NCBI GenBank assembly: GCA_023920165.1
Contig: CP089278.1
Span: forward strand, 1,612,001-1,676,000
Direction of reading: 5' to 3'
Origin: Curvularia clavata
Lineage: Eukaryota
Length of the DNA stretch: 64,000 bases
Both the position numbers and the translations under genes were made by a program. Of the stretch, positions 1 to 11,777 are shown in pieces. The notes under the pieces were generated by a model that was not told where the DNA came from, did no database searches, and was given only the letters and a program-made list of their open reading frames with translations. Position 1 is the stretch's first letter; every line of letters starts with the position of its first letter.

Positions 1-1626
1 GAACGGCTGGAAGTACTTGGTAAGATCGAAGACATGCTCCAGCCCGTACTCGCCGAGATACGTGATCATGGCAGACAAGCATATGGTAACATGTTCCGAC
101 AACTGATGCACTTTGTCCAAGACCGCACCTTGCTTCCCCGAGTCAGCCTCCTGGTTAGACTTCATTTTGCCTGCATAAAAGTTCGAGATGTGACTGTATG
201 CTTGTGCGGCCATTGTCTTGGGCTTCTCTACTCTCTCTACTCGTGATCTGTCTCCAAACACGTTGGTTTTGCTGGCTGAGAGATGCTCTATCAACTTGTT
301 GGTAGCCTTGGACAGATCTCCAACCACGAGGAATTCAGCCGGGGCAATATGAAGCAGGCGTGTCTCGATCTCGTTACGCATGAAGCCATCCTCAAAGTCG
401 TCATAGATAATGTCGCCTGTGGCGGGTTGTACAGCTACCAGTCCGACCTGGACTTTCTCATCTGTACCCCAACCCTTTGCGTTGCTTTCTGTAATGCAAA
501 GCAGGTATCCAGTTGACTGTACACTAGCACCTGAGCCCTCGACTGGTACGTCCAGCCCCTCTACATCATCCACGTACGTGCCTTTGGTGTAGAGGTTCGT
601 GAGTTTTCGGACAAAGGGTGTGTTTCTGTTGTTGCCAGCCGCCTTGAGTGCTGCCGTTTCCAACTGGCGCACCACGCCTACCTTATGGTTCGCTTGTACA
701 AGACGTTTAACATGGACCTGCAGACGATGAGTGGGAAAACTGGCAGACGCAAATTTGTCCAAGTGTGCCTCAGAAGGGTGCTCGTCGTATCGAAGCTTTC
801 CCGGTATACAGACAATCCCCAGCTCCTTCGACGCAATTCTTGCATCCTCGCCCAAGAACTTGTACTTGTATCCGACCTCCATAACAATGATAGTATCCAG
901 GTGCTTGCGCTTTATGTCGAGAAATTGAATTTCCATGGGTGTCAACTTGCTTGCCTTTTTCGTTGTGGCCGTCTTTTTCCCCTTGACAGTCTTTGATGGG
1001 AGCTCGTCTTCCTCATCCTCATCACCTTCGCCTTCTTCCTCATTGGTATTGTCCTCTGAGAGACTCTTGTTCCGCCTCCGAAGCTCCGCAAAGCTGTCGG
1101 GCCGACCCAACTTCTTCACAAACTTCTCATGCAGCCTCTCTTTTTGCTTCTGAGCTGCTACAGCGTTGTCTTCATCTTCATCATCATTCTCTTGAAGTGC
1201 GGGCGACGAGGAGAACAGAAACTTGGAAGTTCTATCAATGGTCTTAGCAGGCGTCGATGTAGCCAAGGCAGCGGCGGATATGTGTGTAGGTGATTGTCGC
1301 GGGGAGTCGTCTTTAGTGAAGCGAACGCGTTTCGAAGGCGATGAGCGAATAGAGTCCGTGGGTTGGTCGTTCTCATTTACTGCGCGTTTGCGAACGGTAA
1401 GGGGTGTCCGTATCGGAAGACTGTCTTCCTCGTCGTCATTGTCAGTGTCCTTTTGGGTTGTGCCGTTGGTCGCGGGCGGAGTCTCCGTTCTTGGTGCGGA
1501 GGTAGTAGCGGCAGTGGCAGGGGCATTAGAAGTCGCTTTTGGTGGTTGGACAGGCTTCCGTGTGAAGAAGCTTGATATCGTGGGCTGGGTGCTCTTCTGC
1601 GATGATTGACTGCTTTTTGGCGCCAT
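1..1626 (-). CDS. MSH3: DNA mismatch repair protein MSH3, 5' part (runs off the window start)
   Basis: Not in ORF track because it has no stop in the window. Manual translation from ATG 1626: [21 protein letters not shown] (PCNA-binding PIP box) ... [45 protein letters not shown] ... [25 protein letters not shown] ... [11 protein letters not shown], a MutS domain I of MSH3 type. Confidence 0.93.
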   Translation of the reverse strand, partial: MAPKSSQSSQKSTQPTISSFFTRKPVQPPKATSNAPATAATTSAPRTETPPATNGTTQKDTDNDDEEDSLPIRTPLTVRKRAVNENDQPTDSIRSSPSKRVRFTKDDSPRQSPTHISAAALATSTPAKTIDRTSKFLFSSSPALQENDDEDEDNAVAAQKQKERLHEKFVKKLGRPDSFAELRRRNKSLSEDNTNEEEGEGDEDEEDELPSKTVKGKKTATTKKASKLTPMEIQFLDIKRKHLDTIIVMEVGYKYKFLGEDARIASKELGIVCIPGKLRYDEHPSEAHLDKFASASFPTHRLQVHVKRLVQANHKVGVVRQLETAALKAAGNNRNTPFVRKLTNLYTKGTYVDDVEGLDVPVEGSGASVQSTGYLLCITESNAKGWGTDEKVQVGLVAVQPATGDIIYDDFEDGFMRNEIETRLLHIAPAEFLVVGDLSKATNKLIEHLSASKTNVFGDRSRVERVEKPKTMAAQAYSHISNFYAGKMKSNQEADSGKQGAVLDKVHQLSEHVTICLSAMITYLGEYGLEHVFDLTKYFQPF

Positions 1627-1673
1627 TGGGTTGTTTCTGGGGGGGTGGTGAACGGATGGTCGATGTGCAAGTG

Positions 1674-1692
1674 GAGACGCGAGTCGCGTCTC
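1674..1692. promoter_or_regulatory. Perfect inverted repeat of MCB-like sites upstream of MSH3
   Basis: GAGACGCGA-G-TCGCGTCTC (9-bp arms) about 50 bp upstream of the MSH3 ATG. Also ACGCGT at 2126-2131 and CGCGAAA at 2108-2114. Confidence 0.5.
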
Positions 1693-2331
1693 GCGACCAA
1701 GTCACATCACGCTGTCACGTTGCGGGCCTTGCATCCAGCGGCAATGTGCTTTGACCTCGTACCCCACAAAGATAACAAGTGCCCGAACTACGGCCACGAC
1801 TATCTCAGATCTTCGCCGCCTCCATGTCTGCACGTCTTCAGAGTTGACCTGGCGAACCTCAAGACAGAACTCAACACATCAATTCATTAAAAACGGACAC
1901 CCAGGATTGTCAGCAAATGACCAAGACCTTGTCTCTGGTAGTCCCCTTCACACTACTGCGGATTGCTACTTCCTCAACACTTCTTGCGTCATTTTCTCCA
2001 AAATCTCGACAAGCAGAAAACCCCTCGCAGTATCGCCGACGGGCCGTATTCAAAATTCCTTTCCATCGCCTCACAATGCTTATCATCAAAAAGTATTAAA
2101 CTAAGGCCGCGAAATGCCCATTGATACGCGTGTACTTTATGCCAGCTTCCGATTTGCGTTACTGACGCTAAGCACTTGCAGTAATTGCCCTGGTTATCCT
2201 CGGTGGGTGCCGGGGTCGTCTCCGCCTTCGGCTTATGTATAAATCGGTACTGACAGCGTCCTTGCATGCGACGGCCACGCCAATCTTTTTTTTCCTCTGT
2301 CGGCTAGGGAGTACTCTTGTGCTCGTACAGT

Positions 2332-4139
2332 ATGGCACGAACTCTACTTTTGAAGCCCTTGATTGGGCTTTTGATGCTGCAGAATACCTTAGGTACCCCA
2401 GTGAAGAGGCATATTTCGATATACCAAGATGACGACCCCTCTTCTTTCGCGCCGCGGGAGCCACGTCTTGGTGCTGTGGCTTCGTCAAGCGAGATCTGCA
2501 GTCATATTGGCACCAGCCTCTTGAAAGCAGGCGGCAATGCGGCAGATGCTATGGTTGGCACCGTGGCGTGCGTTGGAGTCGTTGCCATGTACCACTCTGG
2601 TGAATCCATATTCATCTAAACCTATGAGGATAGATATACTGACAGACAGCAGGAATTGGCGGAGGGGGCTTTATGCTCGTTCGTTCCCCAAATGGCACCT
2701 ATGAGTTTATTGACTTCCGCGAAACAGCCCCAGCTGCTGCTTTTGAGAACATGTACAAGAATAATACCGAGGCCAGCGAGACGGGCGGTCTTGCATCCGG
2801 TGTTCCAGGCGAACTTCGTGGTCTGCACTATCTCCATGAGAAGTACGGCGTCCTTCCATGGGAATTTGTGCTTAAACCAGCAATCAAAGTCGCCCGCAAC
2901 GGCTGGAAAGTCAATGCAGATCTTGTCCGGTACATGGCTTCGGCTACAAACAACGGCCAAGACAACTTCCTTGTTAACGACAAGCAATTTGCAATTGACT
3001 TTGCGCCTCAAGGCCGTCTTCTCCAACTCAACGAGACGATTACGCGAAAACGCCTAGCAAAAACACTCTCTATCATTGCGAAGGAGGGCCCCGATGCATT
3101 TTATAAAGGCCCCATAGCGGAGGCTACGATCCGCGCTCTCCAAGCCTCTAATGGCACCATGACGCTTGCAGATCTGGCAAACTACACCGTTGCGATCCGA
3201 AAGCCTTCAACCATTACCTATGGCGACTACAAGCTCACGGCCTGTAGCGCTCCCTCTGGCGGCGGCGTTGCCCTCGCCGCTCTCAAGTTCATGGAAGGCT
3301 ACCCTGACATCGGCGACCCATCCAACATCAACCTAACCACGCACCGTCTGGACGAAAGCATGCGCTTCGCCTACGCCATGCGCGCCGACCTAGGCGATCC
3401 CTCCTTCGTTCCGGGCATCGAGAAATTCCAAGAGGAGATGCTTTCGCCCGCCACCGCTACCGCCGTCCGCAGCAAGATCTTCGACAACCAAACCTTCCCT
3501 GTCGCCTACTATAACCCCGCTGGTCTCGAGTCCCTCGAAACTCCGGGAACAAGCCACGTTGTGACTGCCGACAAAAGCGGCATGGCTATTTCCCTTACCA
3601 CAACCGTAAACCTCCTCTTCGGCAGCAAACTCGTCGTCCCGGAAACAGGAGTAATCATGAACAACGAAATGAACGATTTCAGCATCCCAAACACCACGAA
3701 CGCATTCGGCTACGTCCCTAGTCCCTCCAACTTCATCCGCCCGGGAAAACGCCCCTTGTCGTCTATCGCACCTGTCATCGTCGAGCACTTGAAGCTAGAT
3801 AACATGGCAAACGCCCTGTACATCGCCATCGGCGCAGCAGGCGGCTCGCGCATCATCACCGCCACGATTCAGAATATTGTCCACATGCTCAACGGCAACA
3901 TGACCACCGCGCAGGCACTTGCCCAGCCTAGATTCCACGATCAATTGGTCCCGGCACAGGTGAGCTTCGAGTACGCGTTTGATAATAAAACTACTGCTTT
4001 TATGCAACAGCTGGGTGCGAATGTTACGTGGATGGCACCCGGGAGTAGTAGTGCACAAGGCCTGAGGCTCTTGCCGAATGGCACATTTGAAGCGGCGGGG
4101 GAGCCGAGGCAGCTGAATAGTGGAGGGTTTGCGGTCTGA
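2332..4139 (+). CDS. Gamma-glutamyltranspeptidase (glutathione hydrolase), 2 exons
   Basis: Exon 1 MARTLLLKPLIGLLMLQ...GGNAADA...YHS; intron about 2600-2652; exon 2 GIGGGGFMLVR, DFRETAP, catalytic Thr in GTSHVVTAD, NNEMNDFS, PGKRPLSS, GAAGGSRI. Confidence 0.95.
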
Positions 4140-4811
4140 GCTGGGTGTGCATGTGTATATATGGATATATTTTTCCTGTTGAGAGGACATGGGGATGGTA
4201 TGGGTAGAAGAAGAGGCCCAGTTGACGGTCTCCCACTTCGCATGTATATTCTTCACATCGATAACCCTATGACGTTAGATTAGCTTGACGACACTAATGA
4301 AAACCTCACGATCAAGTAACACAAAAACACTGCTATTCGAGCTAATGAGGTATGGAATTGTAATCATCTTATACACATATTGCACACGATACTTTGTTGT
4401 ATCAAAGCCAAGTCCATGTGCCTGGACTAGAAGACTAAAACTAAACAGATGTAAAGGAAAGAAAGGAACGTTTATTGGACGCTACCGAGGCGTACACATT
4501 CCTTCGTTTTGTCACGTAAAGCAGACGCCAGAATGTACAATGCAAAAGAGGATCAGCGGGGTCTTTACCTGTCGAAGGTTCAGCCGTGGGGACACGGACG
4601 AGACTGCCTTTGACTGCATACCATGAAACAAATCATGGTAGGCTCTGGTTTGTCCGACATAGCTGATCAAGAGTCACTTTTGAGCCAAGGGACTGATCAC
4701 ATCAAAGTGCTTCGATATAAGGATCGGGAAAACTCATCTGTGTGAAACAGTCAGCGAAAAGTTGAGATAAATACAATAGTCGGAAACATATACCGGGTCA
4801 TCGTCGCACAC

Positions 4812-7147
4812 CTAGAAGCGACTGCGGTGAGTGGGCTTTGCTGGTGCAAGGATCGGAGCAACAGCGACGTCTTCAATCTGTTTCGCACTATAATTGACGT
4901 CAAACGTTAGCGAGCACGCCAGGGCAATGAGAAGTGTGGTGTATTACGTTTTGCTAGCAGCTATGCAAATGCAGAAGGATGGTAAACAATGAAAAGGTCA
5001 GAAAGGGTGAAGGCATCGAGTGAGTCTACAACAGGCATCCAGATGGAGCCTTGTTGTGTCTTGTGCCAGGGACACCTAGCGCTACTTTACTGGCGCTGGC
5101 GTTTGGTTGCTGCATTGTGAGGCTGGCCTTTGCGCTTCTTTTGGGCAGGGATTGGGGAGAAAGCGCTCTGAGCAGGTGATACATACCCGTTGACATCCTT
5201 ATCCAGCTGCATATATTCCTCGACTGCGCTCCTGCCACCACGGTCCAAAAGATAGGCCATGTAATAATGCGACAATTCCTTCGAGACCTCGGGGGAGAAG
5301 CGACCCTTAGTACGCATCAGCTCGTGAACCGTCTTTATCCGGGCATGAGACTCTTCTTGATCGGGAGAGGGCTGTGCAACTTCGAATTCGAGATACTTCT
5401 TCCAGAACTCGCGTGAGTCTAAGAATCGCTCATGTTTCTCCTTGAAAACCTGACGGGCCTCGTCGACGTTGCCCTTGCATTGCCAAAGTATTCGTGCTTG
5501 TTCTGCTGCAAGTTTGCCTCCGATCTGGTTGTTTGAGCGTCCAATATACTCCTCGAGAAGACGGACGGCGGCATCGTTGCCTTCGTGCCGTCGCTCTAGG
5601 CCTGCGAGTGAGACAAGAGTTTCGGTATGCTCGGGCGCCTCCTCAAGCATAGCCAGGTAGATATCGCGAGCAACAGAGGTTCGACCAAGCTTCTCTTCGA
5701 AGCGAGCCCAGTTGAGACGTACGGTAGGGGCAGAGATGGGCACAAATATACAGCTGGCTCGCATATAGATAATCCTCGTGTTCTCTTCTTTGCCCTGGGA
5801 AAACATCCAGCGAGCATATCGCAGCCAGAATTCATCGTAGAGAGCGCATGCGACTAGACAGCGCTCATATAGGAAAGAGGTGCGCTCAAAGTCACCCTGC
5901 TTCTCCTCATACTCAAGGTACTTGCGCCAATTATCAAGCTCCGACTCCTCAAGTTCTGTGACGTGGAAATATGCCCTCTTAATTGCATGTTCAAAGGTCC
6001 AGCGGTTGGTCACCTCCTGCTGTGTCTTCGAGTATGATGTGTAGTAGTACTCGTGGATCTTTGTGCGCAACTGTCGTTCAATTTCGAGCGCCGGCTTTTC
6101 AGGTTGTCCCTGGTTCTCCAGCTGAACGGCAGCCTTCAATGATTCAAGGGTATCGGGGTCGGCTAGCTCTTCAACAGGCCTGTTCGAGAGCAGGACAGAA
6201 AACTTCTCATAGTATCGGGCAAATTGGTAAATGGGCAGGTGCAGAACGCGGCTGTAGATCTTGGTAACGTTTGCTGGCTCTTGGATGCGTTCCTCGAATT
6301 CAATATACTTGTCCCAGAACGGGTGACTCTGGAAATCGAGTCCGACAAAATGGGCACCTCGTTCAAAAAGCCTGTTGGGTCAGCATTTTGAGATCCGGAC
6401 AAAAGGGAAGGGGCTGGGAGAGAAAAGGAGGATGATCTTGCAGAGTAACCTAGTATGCCAACAGGAAATGGTAGGGCTATCGACTTCGTACGTCCAGGAT
6501 CTTGGGTTGCTCTTTCGCATAGGGGCAGAGTGTAACGGGGTAAGTGATGGCGCGCACCAAACGGTATACAGCGGGATTACGGGACATGTAAACATGCAGC
6601 GCCGGAATGCGCGAGAGCCCGCCGCTGGCTACGGCGAGTTTGAGCCTCCGAATCGGGGAGGGGAAAGGGGAGGAAAGGCAATACATACTCTCGAATAATA
6701 TCATTGTCATGCGATGTGTCCATCTTGAAGGTGCAGTAGTTGGCCCATAGGTCTACTGAAGGTGAGATGCAGGACACACCACGTTCGTACACCATCTCAG
6801 CAGTCTCAGTACCGCCAATCGAGAACTCGAGATCGGCATACTTCTTCCAGTATCCGAAAAACAATGGGAATTTGGTGAGGAAACAGTCGTAGACGTTACG
6901 GACAAGCTCGATGGCCGATGGGCTAGAGTTGCGGGTGACGCCGCCTTCGAGCTCAGAGGCGCGGGTAACGAGCGCTTCCCATCTTTCGAAATCATCCTCA
7001 TTCTCTACCTGCATGCACCGTTAGCTGCTGCCGATATGGAAGCGATGGTGTGCTTACAACTGCGCTGAGGAGCTTGTTGATCTCGGCTGCAGCTTCTTCC
7101 CCAGAGTAGTGAACCTGGGCAATGCTGCCGCGCCCGGTGGCCAACAT
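4812..7147 (-). CDS. PRP39: U1 snRNP HAT-repeat protein Prp39
   Basis: ATG 7147. Introns 7057-7009, 6688-6372 and 5186-4888 (the last may be retained, giving a stop at 5087). HAT motifs FLTKFPLFFGYWKKYADLE, VGLDFQSHPFWDKYIEFE, FEHAIKRAYFHV, YERCLVACALYDEFWLRYARWM. Confidence 0.9.
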
Positions 7148-7604
7148 GATTTCGCGTCTTCAGGTCTTCTTGAAGGGTTATGCGGAGGAGTCGACTGCGA
7201 TGTGGATGCGACGGACAGAAAGAGCTTGGGGATGGTGGTGAGAGCTTTGCGACAGTTGAACCGTGGAAGCCGCGCTCGAGTTCGCGCGTCGGCGAATCCA
7301 CTTTCGTCAGCGCCGTAGCGTGTAGATGCCAAGCCTACGCTTGGTGAACATAAGCAGCAGGCTGCCATGACGCCATCCAGAAAAGACAAGCATATCCGTT
7401 TCAGCGTGGGGCAGTGGGTGTTAATTAAACCATAGCTACAGTGCTTGTTCATGACATATTGACCTATGTAGAATTCTACAGAGAGGCAACAAAGGCCGCC
7501 AAGGTATCACGCCAAAGAGGAAGGCTATAGGGAGCACCTCACTCCATTCGAGACAGAATTCCATACCCAAGACTCCAGCACACCCACAAATTCTATATCA
7601 ACGC

Positions 7605-8753
7605 TCAAGCGGCACTCTCCTCTTTTAAAAATGGTGCAGTATCACTTGCTGCAAAAGAAAAGGGACTCTTGCCCACTTCAGGGCTCCGCGGACTGATGGG
7701 CAACGCAAAGAGTCCGTCGTCCTTGTCATCGTCGTCTGTAGGTTCTGGCGGGCTTCGCGACTGGAATATAGGTGCTGGGCCAGACAATGCATTTAGAGAG
7801 CCCATACCAGCACTCTGCTGTTCTGTGATGAACTGCGGGGGTGCCTGTGCTGCGATTCTCCGGGGCGGATCTACTGGCTGAATCTGGGGTTGCTGCGGAG
7901 GCTTTGCTGCCAGGGTTGATGGATTTGCGCCTTTGAATACAGCAAATGAACTAATAGCAATATCTGAAGATTCGGGAGACAGGGGGTTGGAGAAGCCTGG
8001 GGCACTGTTGTTGGGTGTGAGGTCTTTCTCGCTCGTGCCTAATCGCAGTCCTGCCAGCTTATCCATAAGCCGCCCCCCGCCGGGAGATCGCGGGCTCGAC
8101 GGTCCCTTCATTGGTGCCAGCATGGGCTCTCCCAGAGAAATGCTTAGGCCTGCCGGTTTGGCATTGACTCCAAATGTAGACTCAATCCACTCCTTCTCTT
8201 GAACAGCCATAAGTAGGCCAACGCCCTCGACGTTGGTGCGTGACTCGGCCTCGATCTCCTTTTGTAGGACCTGCAGCCTCTTCTTTGCCCAGATGGTGTG
8301 TAAGACACCCTTCTTGCCCGCCGCTCGCGCCGATGCCCCTAGCTCTGGTGGGAACAAGGCGGGTAGGGGATTTGTATGCCAGACGACTGGAGGTTTGCTA
8401 GCGTCTTGTGGCCGTAGCGTGAGTGTGACGCTCGTAGGTACCGCATCGCCCGGGGGCAGCAGAAAGTACATGCGATGGACATCATTAGCAGACTGGTCGT
8501 TGGCAGGTAAGACACGCGTGCTGCCGTCCCATGATATGTGCCAGTCTCCACGCACGCCTCTAGTTGTGTCGTCGTCCTCCCACTCGACCATCAGTATCTT
8601 GGTGCCCGTGGTAGCATTGGCATGACCCGCCTCGTATTCATAGCGGGCAAGCGCATTTGCGCTGGAGATGCTCGGCGACTCCACCTCGTCCTTGGTGAGC
8701 TGCCGTGTAGTAGTGTCGACTGAGGTAAACGGAACCGTGGCCGGAGACGCCAT
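7605..8753 (-). CDS. Hypothetical fungal protein, 382 aa
   Basis: Single long ORF with a globular-looking N-terminal half (TKILMVEWED, GVLHTIWAKKRL) and a Pro/Ser-rich C-terminus. No family recognised. Confidence 0.8.
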   Translation of the reverse strand: MASPATVPFTSVDTTTRQLTKDEVESPSISSANALARYEYEAGHANATTGTKILMVEWEDDDTTRGVRGDWHISWDGSTRVLPANDQSANDVHRMYFLLPPGDAVPTSVTLTLRPQDASKPPVVWHTNPLPALFPPELGASARAAGKKGVLHTIWAKKRLQVLQKEIEAESRTNVEGVGLLMAVQEKEWIESTFGVNAKPAGLSISLGEPMLAPMKGPSSPRSPGGGRLMDKLAGLRLGTSEKDLTPNNSAPGFSNPLSPESSDIAISSFAVFKGANPSTLAAKPPQQPQIQPVDPPRRIAAQAPPQFITEQQSAGMGSLNALSGPAPIFQSRSPPEPTDDDDKDDGLFALPISPRSPEVGKSPFSFAASDTAPFLKEESAA

Positions 8754-9702
8754 TGGAGAAGATCTGGGTTGAGTGTCGAGGGGGGTTGCGCGCGAGACGG
8801 GACGGATGCGTATACCTATACAAGTGGGTGGGGGTGGTATACGGGTCTAGGTGTTAATAACGGCGACGGCAAAATGACAATCATCCAAGGCCCGTGTTCG
8901 ACGTCTTAGGCGATGCAACACAGTGTCAACGGTAGGCCAGATGCACTCGCCACGAGTTTGCTCTGCCTCGGATGGTAACTCTGGGGATGTGTTCTGTTGC
9001 TGCACGGCGTTAGGCTGCTGCAGCTTCGCCCTCCAAGTTAGTCGCTAATTTTAGACAGCCTCTTTCTCCACGGCTTCTAGCAACGGGAACCAGCCCAAGC
9101 CAGCGACTACTGCGCCACATGCGGAGAGTGGCGTAGTCAGGGCCTTGCCACTCATGTCAGCCAATCACAATTTGCATATGCATATCTGAGGCATGGTGCC
9201 GAGTGAGCGTATCGCTCGTTTCAACTTCAATTGTCTTCTCTCCTATGGGCGCCTCACTCTGGAGAGCCTCCCATTGCTATACTGCTATACACGCGCCGGC
9301 CGCCGGGGTGCTGCGCTAGCTTCCCCCACGCAATGTCTCGCCCTCCCTCCTCTCTGTCGCCCTCCCCCTTTCCCAGGTCTGACCTGCCAGCGGGGCAGCC
9401 AGGCCATATCACACCACCCCAAATCCAGCCATGATTTCGTTAGCCGTAAAAAAGTTCCTCCCAACGCCATCCAATCGATGCTATTGCGCCGTATGAATGC
9501 TGCCTTTGCTCCTCAGAGCTAATGGTATCCAAAATTACAAAAGGGGGTATCGTGTTGAAGAAAATAATATATGCAAAGAAACAAGCAAATTTGCTTTGGT
9601 TAAGGCGCAACAAAAGTACAGGCGCAGGCCAGACGAGAAGAGAATGTAAGTCGCAAAGAGGTGCACAAGACCAGGATGCATACCAGCAGAAGAACCAGGC
9701 GC

Positions 9703-11777
9703 TCAGATGAGCAAAAAGTCCCAGTTCTTCTGTCGCATCATGTCCCGCCAGTGAACACTCTGTGTGTTGCCCTTTGCGAGGTTTGCGTCGTTGACCAGCC
9801 AGACTTCGTTGAGAAGGTTGCTGACTCTTCCGTACGATCCAAAGTTTGCCGCCTCGCCCAGCATGGCAGAACGCTCGGCAAACATCTTACGGAATCCAGA
9901 ACGCGGCACCGAAATGGAGCCAGCAACCAAGAGCGGCCAGACGAGAGAGCGGTCGAATCCGTCAGGGCCGGCCGGAATGTACTCCATGGCCTTGCAGAGA
10001 GCGCTCACCAAGTTGACAAAGGTAGGTGATGTGCGGTCAAAGTCCGGCACTAGGCTGCAAAGGTATATGCGGGCGGCTAGACGGTACACGGCAGTCATGT
10101 TGCGGCGAAGCTGCCTTGGGAGAATCTCGCCCGTGGATGTGTAGGCGCTGTTGAGCGAGCCCTGGGGCGGCTCAGTCAAGCTGATCTGCTCGCCAAGGAG
10201 TTTGATGTGGGCACAGAGCTGCACAATGTCCATGTTCTCGTTCTTGAGCGCTTCGAGACAGGCGATTTCTGAGATGAGGTACATGATGCGGTCTTCGCAT
10301 CCCATGAGTTCGGCGAGGCCGGAGGATGCATCAGCAATGAGCTTCTCGCGGTAAGTGTCAGCAAATGATGGCGTCCTACCCAGCATCGTAGCGCCGAGGA
10401 TGTCGATCCACGAAGCCAGTGTCATGTTGAAGGGAGGCTGAGCGTGTGCCTGGCCGTTCATTGCGATCATTTGTGCAGGAAGCTCGAGCCTGTGGACAAG
10501 GTTCTGGACGGCCTCGAAGTGGCCATGCCATGGGATGTCCATGAGGCCGTCGTTGTATCGGCCGACAGAGCATTGGAAAAAGATCATGCCGAGCGCTGCC
10601 TCGAGGGTCTGGCCGTGGTTGCTGTCGCTGTAGAGTGCAGCAGTAAGCTGTTGAACAGTCTCACCGCGGTGTCGCTGGATGTCTAGGTCAATCTGCTCGC
10701 CACTGAGCCCCTGAGTGGTCTTCATGTGGAGTGCAGATATGCTCATGCAGCAGTGTAGGTATGCCTTGTTGGTCTCGAGCGCAGGGATGATGACATCGCG
10801 TTGCGCGGCGCCAGGCTGGTTGGTCTCCAGCACAGGGAAAGCTGAAGGCATGATGTTTTCCAGGAAGTGGCTGAGGAGATGGTGATCGCAGTCGTCAACC
10901 TGGATGGACGGCTGGTGGGATGGGCTGAAGGTGCCATATGTATTGTAGTCAAAGATGGGAAACTCGAGGGGTTCCTCTGTGAAGGACTCGCGGCGCTCAA
11001 AGTAGTCTTGTTGAATCCAGTTATCTGATGGGTAGGCTGGAGGTGTTTGATAGTGGCTGTACGACGAGATGGTCGAGTCGCGTCGAGTTTGGATGTCATT
11101 GACGAACATCTGGCTCTCAGTCTTGATGTCAATGTCGTATGGTACATAGTGCCCTGGGTGGGCGAAGCTGGGTGGAAAGCTGGGTGGGGGCATTGCCGAG
11201 TTGTAGAAGTCGAGTGTGGTAGCGGCAGGGTTGAAGTTGTAGTCGAGCGAATTCTGCGAATCTACGGACGGTGCTCTTGTGCAGCTTACACCGTCTGAGA
11301 AGGTGTCTGCAGTCTGCATTGAGTGGCACAGGCTTGGTGGTGTGTTTGTGCCCATGGCCGTGCCTTGGGCGGTCTTTTCGTTGAGTTTTGTGCGCTTGAT
11401 GATGTTTTTGATAAGTTCTTTCTGTGCCCGCCTTTGCTCATTGTTGCTCCACCACATGGGTCGCTTGTATTCGCACTTGAGACCAAGGTGTTTGCAGGCG
11501 CGGCAAGAGGGCTTTCCCTCGTCGCACTTCTTGCGTCGCAGGCGACATGTGAAGCACCCTAAACTCAGAGAAAAAGAGCCTGTTAGCCAATTGTCCATGC
11601 GCTGGGGGATCCCTGCATTGTGCAAAAGCAAAGGGTAAGGCGTTTACCTGTTCGTGAGCGACGGTGCATTTTTGCAGCGGCTTGCTTTGCTGCATTGGCA
11701 GCGTTAGTAGCGCCTACCATTGTTGTGGACGAGTGTTGCTTGGAAGTGGATGCGGGAGGGGATGAAGAGGAGGACAT
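9703..11777 (-). CDS. pro1: Zn(II)2Cys6 transcription factor, PRO1/NosA/ADV-1 type (sexual development)
   Basis: ATG 11777; intron 11647-11559 joins KMHRRSRTG to CFTCRLRRKKCDEGKPSCRACKHLGLKCEYKRPMWW. C-terminal fungal TF domain GFDRSLVWPLL...VHWRDMMRQKNWDFLLI. These signatures match Pro1 orthologues. Confidence 0.88.
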
